This document shows, in pieces, positions 29,509 through 39,722 of a stretch of 64,000 bases of DNA. The first letter of the stretch is position 1. Each line of letters begins with the position of its first letter. The DNA comes from Candidatus Poribacteria bacterium (GTDB taxonomy: Bacteria > Poribacteria > WGA-4E > WGA-3G). The stretch spans positions 3,264,001 through 3,328,000 of the forward strand of contig CAXXLX010000001.1 of the NCBI GenBank assembly GCA_963665235.2, written 5' to 3'. Under the pieces are notes generated by a model. That model saw nothing but the letters and a program-made list of their open reading frames with translations, was not told the origin of the DNA and did not search any database. The translations under genes and the position numbers were made by a program.

Positions 29509-31338
29509 ATGGAAACCCAATTCTCTCAACTCAGTCAGCATCTATACGTCCATCACGGGCATATCAACACAGGCATCCTTCGCGATGGCAACCGGGCCCT
29601 ACTCATAGATGGTAGTGGGACATCCCTTCAAACCACCCTCACCGAACTCGGTATTGATAGCGTCGAGCAGATTCTATTTACACACCATCATCGTGACAGC
29701 ACAGCGGGATTTCCGTATCCAGCGGATGTTCGTATCGGCGTGCCAGCCGCTGAGATAGAGTGGTTTACTGAGGTTGAAACCTTTTGGAACGACCCCAAAT
29801 ATCGATGGCATCTCTACAATTCCCACCCGCACAATCTTATGCTTGCAAGTGCTATGCCCGTAACAGACAGATACGTTGAAGGCGCGATTATCGAGTGGGG
29901 GCCGGCATCCATAAAAGTCCTTGAAACCCCCGGACATACCGATGGGAGCGTCACCTATCTCGTCAATGTTGATGAAAAATGTTTCGCTTTTTCAGGCGAC
30001 CTTATCTACGACGAGGGGAAAATATGGGAGCTCTACAGCTTGCAAAAGGGGCAACAGACCACCGACTATCACGGGTTTCTCGGGGCAAGAGATGAAATAG
30101 CAGAAAGCCTTGCAAAGCTCCGACATGCATCGGCAACAGCACTGATTCCGACACACGGGGTCGTCATGGAAAATCCTGACACGGCTATTGATGCACTTTT
30201 AGAGCGGTTAGCGTCCTGCTACGACAAATACGTGTCAATTTCTGCCCTCCGACACTATTTTCCGCAGCTGTTTACCGAATTTGAGGGGCGCGCTGACCAC
30301 ATGCCCATCCGAGAAGGCAAACCACCTCCCGAATTCTTAAGACACTTCGGCACAACATGGCTGATTATCTCCGAAAATCGTGAAGCCTTCGTCATGGATT
30401 GCGGGTCACCGAGCGTTATCAAACAGCTCCAGCAGCTCCAAGCAGCGGGGGACATTTCAGATGTCACCCAGTTCTGGGTGACGCACTATCACGATGACCA
30501 CGTTAATGCTATCCCCGAATTTCAGGAAACCTTCCCGTGTGAAACGATAACTGATGCGGTTGTAGCCGAAGTCATCACAAACCCTATCGGTTTCAGACTT
30601 CCCTGTATCTCGCCTGCTGTCACGCGGGTGGACCGCATCACCCGTGAAGCCGATTCATGGCAGTGGAATGAGTTCACAATGACCGCATACCACTTCCCGG
30701 GGCAAACCTACTATCACGGTGGACTGCTCGTCGAGGGGCGCGGAGTCAAGATGTTTTTTGCTGGAGACTCCTTCACCATGGCGGGTATTGATGACTACTG
30801 TTCAGGCAATCGGAATTTACTCGGTAAGGATGTCGGCTACGAAAGATGCCTACGTCTCATTCAACGTCTCAAACCCACACATATTTTTAACTGCCACGTC
30901 GCGCCCGCCTTCGATTTTACCGATGCGGAAATTACGTTTATGTTGGATACCCTTGCCGAGCGGGAGCAGTGTTATACCGCACTCTTTCCGTGGGACCATG
31001 CAAACTACGGCATGGATGAACATTGGGTCCGTTGTCACCCTTACGAACAAACGTTGGCACCAGGAAAAACGGCACAATTCTGTGTAGAGATAACGAATCA
31101 TTCATCGGAACCACGTACCGCCACTTTCGACCCGATTCTTCCGCCGGAATGGGATGTAGCTGTTCCGACAAGTGAGCTAACGATACCCCCGAAATCAGTC
31201 GGAGGTGCCTGCTTCTCTATCCCAACTCCGCAGCATTGTGGATTGTCGGGACGTGTCGTTGTGCCGGTGGACATAACCTATAACGCGCGACCCCTCGGCC
31301 GGTTTCGCGAGGCAATCTTTGACTTCACAGGAGGCTAA
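29509..31338 (+). CDS. tandem metallo-beta-lactamase-fold hydrolase
   Basis: THHHRD..TPGHTDG..SGD and a second THYHDDH..PGQT..AGD. Confidence 0.88.
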   Translation: METQFSQLSQHLYVHHGHINTGILRDGNRALLIDGSGTSLQTTLTELGIDSVEQILFTHHHRDSTAGFPYPADVRIGVPAAEIEWFTEVETFWNDPKYRWHLYNSHPHNLMLASAMPVTDRYVEGAIIEWGPASIKVLETPGHTDGSVTYLVNVDEKCFAFSGDLIYDEGKIWELYSLQKGQQTTDYHGFLGARDEIAESLAKLRHASATALIPTHGVVMENPDTAIDALLERLASCYDKYVSISALRHYFPQLFTEFEGRADHMPIREGKPPPEFLRHFGTTWLIISENREAFVMDCGSPSVIKQLQQLQAAGDISDVTQFWVTHYHDDHVNAIPEFQETFPCETITDAVVAEVITNPIGFRLPCISPAVTRVDRITREADSWQWNEFTMTAYHFPGQTYYHGGLLVEGRGVKMFFAGDSFTMAGIDDYCSGNRNLLGKDVGYERCLRLIQRLKPTHIFNCHVAPAFDFTDAEITFMLDTLAEREQCYTALFPWDHANYGMDEHWVRCHPYEQTLAPGKTAQFCVEITNHSSEPRTATFDPILPPEWDVAVPTSELTIPPKSVGGACFSIPTPQHCGLSGRVVVPVDITYNARPLGRFREAIFDFTGG

Positions 31339-31347
31339 AAATTTCGT

Positions 31348-31767
31348 ATGCTAAACCTATCACATCCCACTGTGGACATCGCTATTACCTGTAGCAATTT
31401 TGAAAAGTCGTTGGAATTCTACCACAACAAGCTAGGATTTGAAATTGTGCTGGACATTGAGATTCCGGGGACTCTTGCACGCGATGTAGGACTTGCCCCG
31501 ACCGGCTTTCGTCAGGTACGCCTCAAAGCAGGTAACACACTTATCAAACTGATGGACATCAAATCGCCACCGCCGCCACCATCAAATGAATTCTCCGCAG
31601 GTGTCCGTTGGCTCACCTTTTTTGTCGCAGATATTCAGCAGACCGTCAAACATTTACAACAGAACGGGGTTGAATTTCTATCTGAACCTATCAGCGCGCC
31701 GGACGCCGCTGGTGTTGTGTGTGCAAAAGATCCGGATGGTCTTCTTGTTGAACTCGTTCAAATATAG
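31348..31767 (+). CDS. VOC/glyoxalase family protein
   Basis: SLEFYHNKLGF, KDPDGLLVEL. Confidence 0.88.
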   Translation: MLNLSHPTVDIAITCSNFEKSLEFYHNKLGFEIVLDIEIPGTLARDVGLAPTGFRQVRLKAGNTLIKLMDIKSPPPPPSNEFSAGVRWLTFFVADIQQTVKHLQQNGVEFLSEPISAPDAAGVVCAKDPDGLLVELVQI

Positions 31768-31776
31768 GAGGGTGTT

Positions 31777-32652
31777 ATGAAAACATTAACCGATTCCCAA
31801 ATACACTATTTTAACGAAAACGGGTACCTGCTCGTCGAAGATGCCCTGGCACCTGATGATTTGAACCCGCTCATCGCGGAGTTTGAAGAGATTATTGACG
31901 CGGGCGCAGCGCAACTTTACGCAGCAGGCGAGCTCGACTCCGAATTCAAAACGGAAGGGTTTGACACCCGCTTGGCGAAAATTACAGCGCAATCCGCCGT
32001 GGTGTTTCAGAAGGTGTTTAGTGGCGCGCATACCGGGCCTGCACTCTTCGACCTGCTCGTCAATCCGAAACTGCTTGACATTGCCGAGGCACTTGTTGGG
32101 CCAGAAATTATGTGTCACCCCGCCTACCGTGTGCGTCCGAAACTGCCTGAGCATGACCGCACTTTAGTCCCGTGGCATCAAGATGCTGGTTATATGGAGC
32201 CTAAATGCGATTCGGTTTTGCAACTTACCATCTGGATTCCGCTAATAGATGCCACCGTTGAAAACGGGTGTATGGAGGTTATCCCGCATGCACATCGCGA
32301 TGGTGTGTTCCGACATCGTCATTCTGAACGTTTTTATCTTGAAATACCAGATGATGCATTACCCGAAGTCGAGCCGGTAGTCGTTCCTATGAAGTTTGGC
32401 AGTGTGTTGCTGTTTAGCAATCTGACTCCGCACCGCTCCATCCCGAACGTCAGCCATCAGGTCCGCTGGAGTGTGGATACACGTTATCAGGACGCGGCGA
32501 AACCGGCAGGTTATCAACCGGAGGCAGGTTTTCTGGCACGCAGCCGACTGCACCCCGAAGATGTTGTTAGGACACCTGAAGAATTTAAGCGGATTCGTGA
32601 CGAACATCAACCCGGCCCAGGTCCGAATCGCTGGGCAAAGGAAGCAGAGTGA
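31777..32652 (+). CDS. phytanoyl-CoA dioxygenase (PhyH) family protein
   Basis: FNENGYL, PWHQD, WIPLIDATVENGCM, PHRSIPN..RWSVD. Confidence 0.92.
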   Translation: MKTLTDSQIHYFNENGYLLVEDALAPDDLNPLIAEFEEIIDAGAAQLYAAGELDSEFKTEGFDTRLAKITAQSAVVFQKVFSGAHTGPALFDLLVNPKLLDIAEALVGPEIMCHPAYRVRPKLPEHDRTLVPWHQDAGYMEPKCDSVLQLTIWIPLIDATVENGCMEVIPHAHRDGVFRHRHSERFYLEIPDDALPEVEPVVVPMKFGSVLLFSNLTPHRSIPNVSHQVRWSVDTRYQDAAKPAGYQPEAGFLARSRLHPEDVVRTPEEFKRIRDEHQPGPGPNRWAKEAE

Positions 32653-33143
32653 TGCAGAATTTCAAACGGTTATTCCTATTTTTAATCGTTCTAATCTGTC
32701 TGATGGGCGGTGCCAAACCGACAAATAAAGCGCAGAAACCTAAGGCGGTTAAACTCCACGGTAAAATCGTCTGCTTAGCCGAAGAAATGCACACACATTA
32801 CAAGGTTGAACTCTCCGAGGCACATGAACATCTGTACGGCATCAAAACAGCGGATAGCATATACTACACCCTGCTACGGACATCGTTATCCGAGGCACTC
32901 TTTGTTGACAAACGATTGCATGAAAAAGACCTCCTCATCGATGCCCGCGTTTTTCCGAAAACACAACTGTTGGAGGTAATCCGTTTCTCTTCTATCAAGG
33001 ATGGCGTTGTGCATGAACTCTACTACTACTGTGACACGTGCTTCATCCGCACTGTTGCCCCGGGCAATTGCGATTGTTGCCAGGCACCGGTTGTGCTCAT
33101 TGAGAAACCGCTAAATGTTGATTCTACAATACCCTCACCATGA
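32649..33143 (+). CDS. secreted hypothetical protein with Cys-rich metal-binding C-terminus
   Basis: Signal peptide; YYCDTC...PGNCDCC. Confidence 0.65.
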   Translation: MMQNFKRLFLFLIVLICLMGGAKPTNKAQKPKAVKLHGKIVCLAEEMHTHYKVELSEAHEHLYGIKTADSIYYTLLRTSLSEALFVDKRLHEKDLLIDARVFPKTQLLEVIRFSSIKDGVVHELYYYCDTCFIRTVAPGNCDCCQAPVVLIEKPLNVDSTIPSP

Positions 33144-33304
33144 ACCGCGGCGGAACTGACCAAGAAGACAACCTGCAGCTGCTTTGTGGTGCCTGCAATT
33201 CAACGAAAGGAAATAGCACACAAGCACAACTAATTGCACGATTAAAGCAGCAAGGGGTTATCAATTTAAATGATTTAATTGCAAATTATTGTGATTTATG
33301 GTAA
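33140..33304 (+). pseudogene. C-terminal fragment of an HNH endonuclease
   Basis: RGGTDQEDNLQLLCGACNSTKG; lacks the upstream DH motif. Confidence 0.7.
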
Positions 33305-33392
33305 CCTTTTAAAAACTACGTTATCGACATCCGTGAGAAACATCAGAGGCCTCACAATGCTGGTATCAGTACACAAAACAGGGAGGAAAACC

Positions 33393-33851
33393 GTGACGGG
33401 GAAAGAATTATCCCGTGATTTGCTTTCTCTTGAAAAACAGATCACCGCACAGATGGACCTTTGGATAGCGTCTATCGGTATAGATTCGAAAGTCTTAGAA
33501 GAAGCACGTTTTGACGACACCACGGAAGATATAATGACTCCGGAGCAACACGAAATCTATACCGGTTTCGCATATACTATAGGAAATCTAATTCACGATG
33601 CTATTGATTTAGGCAACTTTGAACGCATGAATGAACAGGTGGGTATTTTTGATATAGACAGCCTGCATGAGGCCTTACTGTTTTTGCAAGCGCAAGTGCC
33701 TGTAGACATGATTGAGGATATCGTTGCGGAGTTCAACCAATTATTGCGTTGGTATTCACTTCCATTTAGCGGGTTAGACGCTGCCTTGAAAGAAGCCGAA
33801 AACGTCAGGCAAGAGGCTCTTCGGTCGTGGTCGGCTAAATGGAGGGGTTAG
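33393..33851 (+). CDS. hypothetical protein
   Basis: ORF with GGAGG SD before GTG 33393. Confidence 0.55.
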   Translation: MTGKELSRDLLSLEKQITAQMDLWIASIGIDSKVLEEARFDDTTEDIMTPEQHEIYTGFAYTIGNLIHDAIDLGNFERMNEQVGIFDIDSLHEALLFLQAQVPVDMIEDIVAEFNQLLRWYSLPFSGLDAALKEAENVRQEALRSWSAKWRG

Positions 33852-33947
33852 ATGAAAGGTATAAGACCGCTTGGCAACAACGAAATCCGAAAAGTTTCCG
33901 AATACTTTGATGAAAACGCGGCTTCTGTAAAGAATAAGTGCGAATAA
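33852..33947 (+). pseudogene. possible N-terminal fragment of a tyrosine recombinase
   Basis: GGAGG SD; MKGIRPLGNNEIRKVS..F resembles integrase N-termini, then stops after 31 aa. Confidence 0.4.
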
Positions 33948-34033
33948 AAAATTTAACCCCTGTTTCCATTGCGTTTATTGAAACAAGCGCGCACATCTTT
34001 TAACATGAGCAACTACATTAAGGATAACAAACC

Positions 34034-35263
34034 ATGTCATTTAGAGAACCTTATAGATTTAGAGAACCCTTTCTAAGTCGACCCAGAGTCGCCGCAATTG
34101 CGACAGTTTACCACAAATACTCACATGCCCAGCATATCGTCGATCGGTTTTTGGACGGTTACGGCTGGAATAGTCAACACCATTATCCACCCATGGATCT
34201 GGTCTCTCTCTATGTTGAGCAGGTTGGCGAGAACGATTTGAGCCGTGAACGTCTAAAACGTTATCCGTTAGTCGAATCTTATCCCACAATTGCGGAGACA
34301 CTCACCCGCGGGGGCGACACATTAGCGGTCGAGGCTGTCCTGCTTATCGGTGAACATGGCGAATATCCAACAAATGAGAAGGGACAACGTCTCTATCCAC
34401 GCTATGAACACTTCAAAGAGATGGTTAAAGTCTTCGAACAGAGCGGATCCTGTACACCCGTATTTAACGATAAACATCTCTCATGGAATTGGGAGTGGGC
34501 GCGTGAAATGTATGACATCTCTCAATCCATGGGCTTCGCTTTTATGGCGGGCTCCTCACTGCCCGTTACGTGGCGTACCCCATCAATTGACATGCCGCTT
34601 GGCGTATCCGTATCAGAGGCGGTATGTGTCGCTTATGGTGGCGTGGACAGCTACGACTTTCACGGTTTAGAAACCTTACAGTGTATGGTAGAACGGCGCG
34701 AAGGTGGAGAGAGTGGTGTAAAGTGGCTGCAGGCATATCGCGGAGACGCGTTCTGGGAAGCACATCACACCCAACTCTGGTCGCGCGAACTTTTTGAAGC
34801 GGCCCTCTGTCGCAGTCATACCCTTACGCCATCGCGTCCTGGGTTTAACAATCCGTTTCCCACGTTAGACGAAATGAAGCACATCGTAAAAGACCCGATA
34901 GCGTATCACTATGAACATCAGGATGGGCTCAAGTCCACGATGATTCTGATGAACGGGTTAGTGCAGGATTTCAACTTCGCCGCTTACATCGGGGCAGACA
35001 ACGAAATCCTTTCAACCCAGATGTATCTCCCGATGCCGCCTGCCCGCACAACGTTGGCAAACTTCTTCTCACCGCTGGTTAACAACATAGAGAAAATGTT
35101 TCTCACCCGTGAGGCAACCTATCCGGTTGAACGCACCTTGTTGACCACAGGACTTGTCGCGGCAGGGGTTGATAGTCTCTTTGCCGAAGGCGCGAAGCAG
35201 GAGACACCGCATCTAGACATTACCTATCAGTCAACCGAAGAATCAACCTTCTGGAGGACATGA
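34034..35263 (+). CDS. conserved hypothetical protein, distantly oxidoreductase-like
   Basis: SHAQHIVDRFL, VLLIGEHGEYP, VFNDKHLS, AGSSLPVTWR, YPVERTLL. Confidence 0.75.
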   Translation: MSFREPYRFREPFLSRPRVAAIATVYHKYSHAQHIVDRFLDGYGWNSQHHYPPMDLVSLYVEQVGENDLSRERLKRYPLVESYPTIAETLTRGGDTLAVEAVLLIGEHGEYPTNEKGQRLYPRYEHFKEMVKVFEQSGSCTPVFNDKHLSWNWEWAREMYDISQSMGFAFMAGSSLPVTWRTPSIDMPLGVSVSEAVCVAYGGVDSYDFHGLETLQCMVERREGGESGVKWLQAYRGDAFWEAHHTQLWSRELFEAALCRSHTLTPSRPGFNNPFPTLDEMKHIVKDPIAYHYEHQDGLKSTMILMNGLVQDFNFAAYIGADNEILSTQMYLPMPPARTTLANFFSPLVNNIEKMFLTREATYPVERTLLTTGLVAAGVDSLFAEGAKQETPHLDITYQSTEESTFWRT

Positions 35264-35267
35264 GGAC

Positions 35268-36485
35268 ATGAAACGAATCGCAGTTATCACGACTATCTAT
35301 CGTTATCTATCACACGCGCAGCACTTCGCCGATCGGTTTCTCGTCGGCTATCCGACCGAGGGCAGATGGCACCGCCCGAATATGAAAATTGCCTCCCTAT
35401 ACGTCGACCAAAAACCGGAGGGCGAGCAAAGCATAGACAGGGCAAGAGAGTTCGGATTTTCTGTCTATCCCACGATTGCTGAGGCACTCCGGTGCGGCGG
35501 CGATGAACTCGCTGTGGATGCCGTGCTACTTATCGGAGAACACGGCGATTACCCAAGCAATGAGAAGGGACAAGTGCTGTATCCACGTTATGAATTTTTC
35601 AAGGAGTGTGTCAAAGTTTTTGAAGAGGATGGACGGGCTGTTCCTATCTTCAATGACAAACACCTCTCCTACAGTTTTGAGAAAGCGAAGGAGATGGTAG
35701 ACGATGCACATCGCCTCGGCTTCGGGCTACTTGCGGGTTCATCGCTGCCTGTCACGTGGCGGTTGCCCGATGTAGACGTACCGCTGGATTCCGGCATCGT
35801 CTGCGCGCTGATGATAGGCGTTGGCGGCTCCGATCCGATGGATTATCACGCCTTAGAAGCTATGCAATGCATGATAGAACGCCGAAGAGATGGAGAAACA
35901 GGTGTAACTAGCGTCCAAATGTTAGAGGGAGACGCAGTTTGGGAAGAGGGAAAAACGGGAGCCTTCGCATATCATCTTCTGGAAGCCGCCCTCTCCCGAA
36001 GTGATACGCCGTGCGGTCTAACGCTTGAAGATGGCAGAACGCAGGATCTCCTCGAAACCAGCGTCCCGAACGCTTCACGCAAACCGCAGGGGACAGAAAA
36101 GAGTAAACTTGAGGCATTGGTCGAGAATCCATCCGCCTATCTCATCAATTACGAAGATGGACTACAGGCGGCACTGCTTATGCTCAACGGGGCAGTGCGG
36201 GATTACTGCTTCGCAGCGCAGCTAACAGGGAATCCAGTGCCGGTGTCAACACAGTTCTTCTTACCACCGACACCGAACGTTACCTATTCCGCGTGTCTGA
36301 TTGCCAAAATTGAGGAGCTATTTGAGACAGGTATTGCCCCCTATCCCGCGGAGCGTACCCTATTAGTGAGCGGTATTTTGGAGAGTTGCCTCACATCAAA
36401 GATTCAAGGACATGTGCGTTTGGAAACACCGCATCTTAACGTCACGTACCGCGCCCCTGCGGAGTCGCAACATGCGCGGCGTTGA
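35268..36485 (+). CDS. paralog of 34034-35263
   Basis: Same motifs: SHAQH, IGEHGDYP, FNDKHLS, AGSSLPVTWR, YPAERTLL. Confidence 0.75.
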   Translation: MKRIAVITTIYRYLSHAQHFADRFLVGYPTEGRWHRPNMKIASLYVDQKPEGEQSIDRAREFGFSVYPTIAEALRCGGDELAVDAVLLIGEHGDYPSNEKGQVLYPRYEFFKECVKVFEEDGRAVPIFNDKHLSYSFEKAKEMVDDAHRLGFGLLAGSSLPVTWRLPDVDVPLDSGIVCALMIGVGGSDPMDYHALEAMQCMIERRRDGETGVTSVQMLEGDAVWEEGKTGAFAYHLLEAALSRSDTPCGLTLEDGRTQDLLETSVPNASRKPQGTEKSKLEALVENPSAYLINYEDGLQAALLMLNGAVRDYCFAAQLTGNPVPVSTQFFLPPTPNVTYSACLIAKIEELFETGIAPYPAERTLLVSGILESCLTSKIQGHVRLETPHLNVTYRAPAESQHARR

Positions 36486-36502
36486 ATGAAATAGGGGGAA
36501 AG

Positions 36503-38122
36503 ATGAGAAGTTTTGGCACACAGGGCCGTGTCCGTCCTGATAAGCATTATGTTGTGCCGCGCACAGCAGAAATCGCCGATTTCATCCGCCGCGTCAAAGA
36601 GGGCAAGTATATTGTGCTCTTCGCGCCACGCCAGACCGGCAAAACCACCTTTTTCCGATTTGCACTATCGGCACTTACAGCAGAAGAGCCTGACTATTTT
36701 CCGATACAGTTGGATTTTCAATCAATGCGTAACGGCTCACCTACTGCGTTTTACGAGGGACTTTCCTATAGGATTCGCTGGCAAATTGAGAGCGTTTTTG
36801 AAAAACGCGGGGGCACGCCTTCCGAAGCGTTAGCGCAGTTTTTGGAGAACACAACACTAACTGATAGTTTGTCAATGCTGATGTTTTTTCGGCAACTTAA
36901 TCGTTTGCTGGACAGCGATGCACACGTGGGGGTATCTGCTTTCAAGCGGGTTGTGCTGCTGATTGACGAGTTTGATGGTATTCCCTCAACTGTCGTTAGC
37001 GATTTTCTTTATGCCCTCCGTGAGATTTACCTCTCGGATGATATGTACTGCCCGCACAGCGTCGGTATTGTCGGCGTTAAAAACATCACACAGCTGGACT
37101 ACGACTCCTCTGTCTCACCTTTCAATATCCAGGATGAGTTCAAGTTACCGAACTTTACACTTGAAGAGGTGCGGGAACTATTCGGGCAGTATACGGCGGA
37201 AGTCGGGCAAGCCTTCGCACCGGAGGTCATCGCCTCCATTCATAAACAGACCGCTGGACAACCGTTCCTGGTCAATCGGTTCGGGCAAATACTCACTGAA
37301 GAATTAGACATTGCGAAAACAGAAACGATTACCCCCGAACATTTTGCGGAAGCACACACACAGCTCCTTGAGGAAGACAACGTCAACCTCCGGCATTTGT
37401 CTACCAATGTCCGCAGAAATCGCCGTTTTGAAACTTTTCTCCTGCGTATTATGGGCAGTGATGAAGGTGTCCGCTTCAATCTACGCGATGACGTTATCAG
37501 CGAATTAGCCACTTATGGGGTCATTACAAAAGGTGCTGACAATATGTGTGAAATAGTGAACCCAATTTATCTGTATTGCATCCTACAGACATTCGAACCT
37601 GCCGTGAATGGATTAGAGGATGAATACTTCGCCGAAGACACCTCCGACGGTTTTCTACACTACCTCACACCTACCGGAGAGATTGCGTTAGAGGCATTGC
37701 TCGACAACTTTCGGGATTTCATTGTGCGTGCCGGTTTCGGTATTCTACAGGTGCCGGATACCCCGCGTGAGTCTGTCGGGAGGTTGCTGCTGCTATCCTA
37801 TCTTGACCAGTTTGTGAAACTTGTCGGTGGGATGATGCACATAGAGGTGCCGACGGGTCGCGGGCGGATGGATTTGCTGATTACGCACAAACAAAAGAAA
37901 TATATCGTGGAAACGAAGGTATGGCGGGGGGCAGCATACTATGAGGCGGGCAAGAAGCAGCTGGCGGCGTATATGAAAACAGAGGGTGTGTTAGAGGGGT
38001 ATTATGTCGTCTTTGACCATCGGCACACACCGATGCCGCTTGTGGAAACAGAAACAGTTGACGATGTCGTAATTCGGAGTTATGTCATTCCTGTGGTACA
38101 GGAACAACCCTCATCTGCCTAA
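36503..38122 (+). CDS. AAA-like ATPase with C-terminal PD-(D/E)XK nuclease domain
   Basis: APRQTGKTT, LLIDEFD, SPFNI, GQPFLVN; GRMDLLI..IVETK..GKKQLAAY. Confidence 0.85.
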   Translation: MRSFGTQGRVRPDKHYVVPRTAEIADFIRRVKEGKYIVLFAPRQTGKTTFFRFALSALTAEEPDYFPIQLDFQSMRNGSPTAFYEGLSYRIRWQIESVFEKRGGTPSEALAQFLENTTLTDSLSMLMFFRQLNRLLDSDAHVGVSAFKRVVLLIDEFDGIPSTVVSDFLYALREIYLSDDMYCPHSVGIVGVKNITQLDYDSSVSPFNIQDEFKLPNFTLEEVRELFGQYTAEVGQAFAPEVIASIHKQTAGQPFLVNRFGQILTEELDIAKTETITPEHFAEAHTQLLEEDNVNLRHLSTNVRRNRRFETFLLRIMGSDEGVRFNLRDDVISELATYGVITKGADNMCEIVNPIYLYCILQTFEPAVNGLEDEYFAEDTSDGFLHYLTPTGEIALEALLDNFRDFIVRAGFGILQVPDTPRESVGRLLLLSYLDQFVKLVGGMMHIEVPTGRGRMDLLITHKQKKYIVETKVWRGAAYYEAGKKQLAAYMKTEGVLEGYYVVFDHRHTPMPLVETETVDDVVIRSYVIPVVQEQPSSA

Positions 38123-38194
38123 AAATGGTATAATATCCGATATGTCTATGCGAAGATTGAAACGTACATCTAAATTTTGGAGAGGAAAAACAGT

Positions 38195-39703
38195 GTGGAA
38201 ACCAAATTTCAGGAACTCAAAACCCGTTTGATTGAGGTGAACGATTTACACGCAGCCGCGGGGCTGCTCTATTGGGATCAGGCTACCTATATGCCATCGG
38301 GCGGGGCTACTGCCCGGGCGCGTCAAATTGCAACCCTTAGTCGATTGGCACACCAAAAGTTCACCGATGTCGCTATCGGAGAACTTTTGGACGCGCTAAC
38401 ACCGTATCAAAAGAGCCTCAGTTACGATTCTGACGAAGCCAGCTTACTTCGTCTCACCCGCCGCCGTTATGAAAAGGACATTAAAGTCCCATCAGAATTT
38501 CTGGCGGAGGTGACACCTCATCTGACCGAATCTTATCAGGTTTGGACAGAGGCACGGCCCGAAGACGACTTCGAGCGGGTCCGCCCCTACTTAGAGAAAA
38601 CGTTGGAATATAGCCGCCAATACGCGAATTTCTTCCCCGGCTATGAGCATATTGCTGACCCGCTGATTGACTTAAGGGATTACGGAATGAAGGCGACAGA
38701 GGTGCGCCGCATCTTTTCCGAATTGCGCAACGAGTTGGTGCCGCTCGCTACAGCCATTACCTCACAACCGCCTGCCGATGATTCATATCTGCACAAGCAC
38801 TTTCCAGAAGAGCAACAGTTGGCATTCGGCATGGCAATTGCTGAACAGTTCGGCTACGACCTCAACCGGGGTCGACAGGATAAGACGCATCACCCCTTTA
38901 TGACGAAGTTCTCACTCGGTGATGTGCGCATCACAACCCGCTCCAAAGAGGACAACCTTGGTGAAGCACTGTTCAGCACGTTGCACGAAACCGGACATGC
39001 CCTTTATGAACAGGGTATCCGCATGGAATTTGAAGGTACACCGCTCGCTCGGGGCACCTCATCCGGTGTGCATGAAAGTCAATCGCGGCTCTGGGAAAAT
39101 ATCGTCGGGCGCAGTCGAGGATTCTGGGAATGCTTCTACCCAAAACTTCAGGACACATTTCCTGAGCAGCTCGGCTCTGTCCCTCTGGATGCATTCCATC
39201 GCGCGATTAATAAGGTTGAACGGTCTCTCATCCGTACAGACGCAGACGAGGTTACCTACAATCTGCATGTGATGTTGCGTTTCGATTTTGAGTTAGCACT
39301 GCTAGAGGGTGAGCTGGAAATTCGGGACCTACCTGAAGCATGGCGAGAACGGTTTGAGGCAGATTTTGGCATCGCGCCCCCGGATGACAAGGACGGCGTT
39401 CTGCAAGATGTCCACTGGTACTCCGGGTTCATCGGCGGTTCGTTTCAAGGTTATACATTGGGCAATATCTTAGGCGCGCAATTCTTCGCAACAGCCCTAG
39501 AAGTACACCCTGAAATCTCCTCTGAAATTGAGCAGGGGGAATTTGGCACACTGCACGATTGGCTAAGGACGAACATTTACCAACACGGGTCAAAATATAC
39601 CGCCTCGGAACTCACCAAGCGGGCAACCGGGAAATCGCTCACAATTGAACCGTACATCGCCTATCTCCGAACGAAGTACGGCGAACTGTACGCGCTCAAT
39701 TAG
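38195..39703 (+). CDS. M32 family carboxypeptidase
   Basis: LYWDQ, HPF, DVRITTR, HETGH, HESQS, IRTDADE, LQDVHW. Confidence 0.95.
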   Translation: METKFQELKTRLIEVNDLHAAAGLLYWDQATYMPSGGATARARQIATLSRLAHQKFTDVAIGELLDALTPYQKSLSYDSDEASLLRLTRRRYEKDIKVPSEFLAEVTPHLTESYQVWTEARPEDDFERVRPYLEKTLEYSRQYANFFPGYEHIADPLIDLRDYGMKATEVRRIFSELRNELVPLATAITSQPPADDSYLHKHFPEEQQLAFGMAIAEQFGYDLNRGRQDKTHHPFMTKFSLGDVRITTRSKEDNLGEALFSTLHETGHALYEQGIRMEFEGTPLARGTSSGVHESQSRLWENIVGRSRGFWECFYPKLQDTFPEQLGSVPLDAFHRAINKVERSLIRTDADEVTYNLHVMLRFDFELALLEGELEIRDLPEAWRERFEADFGIAPPDDKDGVLQDVHWYSGFIGGSFQGYTLGNILGAQFFATALEVHPEISSEIEQGEFGTLHDWLRTNIYQHGSKYTASELTKRATGKSLTIEPYIAYLRTKYGELYALN

Positions 39704-39722
39704 AAAAAAACGGGAAAAACCG

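Noticed and set aside
34040-34070. Short duplication encoding FREPYRFREPF
   Set aside because: A single small in-frame duplication at a gene start with no further pattern
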